Below are positions 59,593 to 61,522 of a DNA stretch of 61,522 nucleotides, one piece after another. Positions within the stretch are counted from its first letter, which is position 1; every line of letters begins with the position of its first letter. Below the pieces are notes generated by a model, which was not told the DNA's origin, did no database searches, and was given only the letters and a program-made list of their open reading frames with translations. The stretch is from contig JAPLDX010000081.1 of NCBI GenBank assembly GCA_026391215.1, positions 1-61,522 of the forward strand. The letters are read 5' to 3'. A program made the position numbers and the translations under genes. Origin of the DNA: Bacteroidia bacterium. Lineage in GTDB: Bacteria; Bacteroidota; Bacteroidia; Bacteroidales; VadinHA17.

Positions 59593-61522
59593 ATGACAAT
59601 GAAAACATATACATCTTTTTTTCTGATTTTGTTATTGTCATTATTTGCAGGTAAGGCAGTTGGGCAATGTACTGTAGAAGCTGGTGCCGACGAAACGATC
59701 TGTGAAGAAGGTACGACTAATCCTCTGGGAGGCTCAATAGGTGACGGTACAAGTGCCCTATGGACATCTTCAGACGGAGGCACTTTTTTACCTTTAGCTA
59801 CTGATCTGAATGCTACATGGCAGGCTCCGGCAGGCGTTACAGGACCTGTTACTCTTACTCTTACCGGAAGTGGCGGATCATGTGAGCCAACTTCAGACAC
59901 AAAACAAGTTACGGTCAATCCTATACTGGATGTAAGTGTTTTGATATCAGCCGGTGCAAATCCTGTATGTGCAGGCACTTCTGTGACATTTACAGCTTCA
60001 CCGACAAACGGCGGTACACCAACATACCAGTGGTATAAAAATGGTACAACACCTATCGGAACAGGCAGTTCATTAGATTATGAGCCAGCCGATGGTGATA
60101 AAATAACTGTTGTAATGACTTCGAGCGAGACAACATGTACCACCGGTAATCCGGCCACATCGAATGAGGTTATCATGATAGTTAATCCTTTACTTCCGGT
60201 CAGTGTCTCGATAACCGCTTCTAACAATAATATTTGTACAGGTACGGCAATAACTTTTACTGCAACACCGGTCTATGGAGGAGGAACACCGTTATACCAG
60301 TGGTACGAAAGTACGACACCCGTTGGTACAAACAGTCCAACATATACATATGATCCTGATAATGGTGATGAGATTACAGTCAGACTGACTTCAAGTGAAA
60401 CATGCACAACTGGTAATCCGGCTACTTCAAATGCTATCGCTATGACAGTTTATTCTGATCACCCTGCAAAACCAGGCACTATCGCCGGAAAATCAGATGT
60501 TTGTCAGGGTGAGACTAATGTGGATTATTCCATTTCAGATGTTGAAAATGCGTTATCTTATGAATGGTCCGTTGGAAGTGAAACAACTATTGTTTCAGGA
60601 GATGGCACAACAAGTATTGTTGTTAACTTTAGTGCCTTAGCCACCAGCCATAGTATATATGTCATTTCTAGAAACACCTGTGGTGATAGCGATAATAAAG
60701 CCAAATCAATAACTGTTCATGTTCCACCCACTGCTACAATAGGAGAAGCCGCAACTGTTTGTCAGAATGCATCTTATCCACAGATTACTATTTACAATCC
60801 TCAATCCAATGGTATAACGGTTACATATAATATTAATGGAGCCAATCAAACGACTGTTAACGTTTCAGGCAACAATCATACACATGTAAATGCCCCGACT
60901 GAAATTGCAGGAGAATTTACTTATTCTCTGGTAAGTGCTAAATATCAGTCAGGAACAATATGCGAAAATCTTATTTCAGGAACAGCGACAATATCTGTCA
61001 CACCTATTGTAGGAATACCAACACCCATTACAATCTCAGCCGGAAGTGATCCCGCGTGCCAGCTTACTAACGGGACGACTACAACTACATATACAACAAC
61101 AGCTGCCAACAGCACAGGTTTTAACTGGTCGTTAAGTGATGGTGCTGCAGGAAATATTGGTTTTACAACAGGAGTAATGACCTGGGCAGATGGTTTTTCA
61201 GAAAGTGTTAATATACAGGTAGTTGCCATTGGTTGTGGTACTTCCTCACAGGTAATAAGAGCAGTAAGTATAACTCCGACAGTAGGTACTCCGACTGCAA
61301 TTAATATATCGACCGGGAGCGAACCCATCTGCCAGCTGCCTGATGGATCGTCCACGACCACGTATACCACCACAGCTACATACAGCACAGGTTTTAACTG
61401 GTCGTTAAGCAACAGTGCTGCCGGCTCCATTGGAGCTTCATCAGGTATAATGACATGGGCAAGCGGCTTTTCCGGAAGCGTAGACATACAGGTTACTGCC
61501 AATGGATGCAACGATCCTTCTT
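59593..61522 (+). CDS. Large secreted Ig/PKD-repeat surface protein, 3-prime truncated by the window (absent from the ORF track)
   Basis: Manual translation MTMKTYTSFFLILLLSLFAGKAVGQCTVEAGADETIC... stays open to the window end; tandem Thr-rich ~90-aa units with paired Cys and YQW/FNW motifs. Confidence 0.88.
   Translation, partial: MTMKTYTSFFLILLLSLFAGKAVGQCTVEAGADETICEEGTTNPLGGSIGDGTSALWTSSDGGTFLPLATDLNATWQAPAGVTGPVTLTLTGSGGSCEPTSDTKQVTVNPILDVSVLISAGANPVCAGTSVTFTASPTNGGTPTYQWYKNGTTPIGTGSSLDYEPADGDKITVVMTSSETTCTTGNPATSNEVIMIVNPLLPVSVSITASNNNICTGTAITFTATPVYGGGTPLYQWYESTTPVGTNSPTYTYDPDNGDEITVRLTSSETCTTGNPATSNAIAMTVYSDHPAKPGTIAGKSDVCQGETNVDYSISDVENALSYEWSVGSETTIVSGDGTTSIVVNFSALATSHSIYVISRNTCGDSDNKAKSITVHVPPTATIGEAATVCQNASYPQITIYNPQSNGITVTYNINGANQTTVNVSGNNHTHVNAPTEIAGEFTYSLVSAKYQSGTICENLISGTATISVTPIVGIPTPITISAGSDPACQLTNGTTTTTYTTTAANSTGFNWSLSDGAAGNIGFTTGVMTWADGFSESVNIQVVAIGCGTSSQVIRAVSITPTVGTPTAINISTGSEPICQLPDGSSTTTYTTTATYSTGFNWSLSNSAAGSIGASSGIMTWASGFSGSVDIQVTANGCNDPS

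Noticed and set aside
59538-61511. Minus-strand ORFs of 146 aa and 188 aa
   Set aside because: Shadows of the plus-strand surface protein

Overview
A 61.5 kb chromosomal segment, most likely from a Bacteroidota (Bacteroidales-like) bacterium: it has TAnnTTTG -7 promoter boxes, Bacteroidota-type parE/parC and a lysS with a C-terminal extension. All domain calls come from motif recognition by eye; no database searches were run. The window has four zones. (1) 1-17.2 kb is accessory: three paralogous TIR-TM-TolB-like-TPR membrane receptors interleaved with glycan enzymes, plus a lone Y1/HUH transposase inside ~255-bp structured direct repeats, with a third, solo copy of the repeat 5.6 kb away. 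The repeat cores are ~97% identical, but the 22-25 nt linkers between their hairpins are hypervariable. (2) 17.2-23.3 kb holds a RyR-repeat PP2C phosphatase, a fused SiaB-SiaC kinase/substrate and a divergent ABCG-like exporter. (3) 23.4-49 kb is mostly housekeeping genes, punctuated by other palindromic repeat families, an orphan DNA methyltransferase and a GxxExxY nuclease gene inside inverted repeats. (4) 49.1-61.5 kb is a tight operon: NTT/TLC-like transporter-HEAT, HAMP-PP2C, membrane-anchored STAND-WD40, a beta-barrel, a lipoprotein and a large Ig/PKD-repeat protein that runs off the window and is missing from the ORF track. No rRNA, tRNA or CRISPR array was seen.
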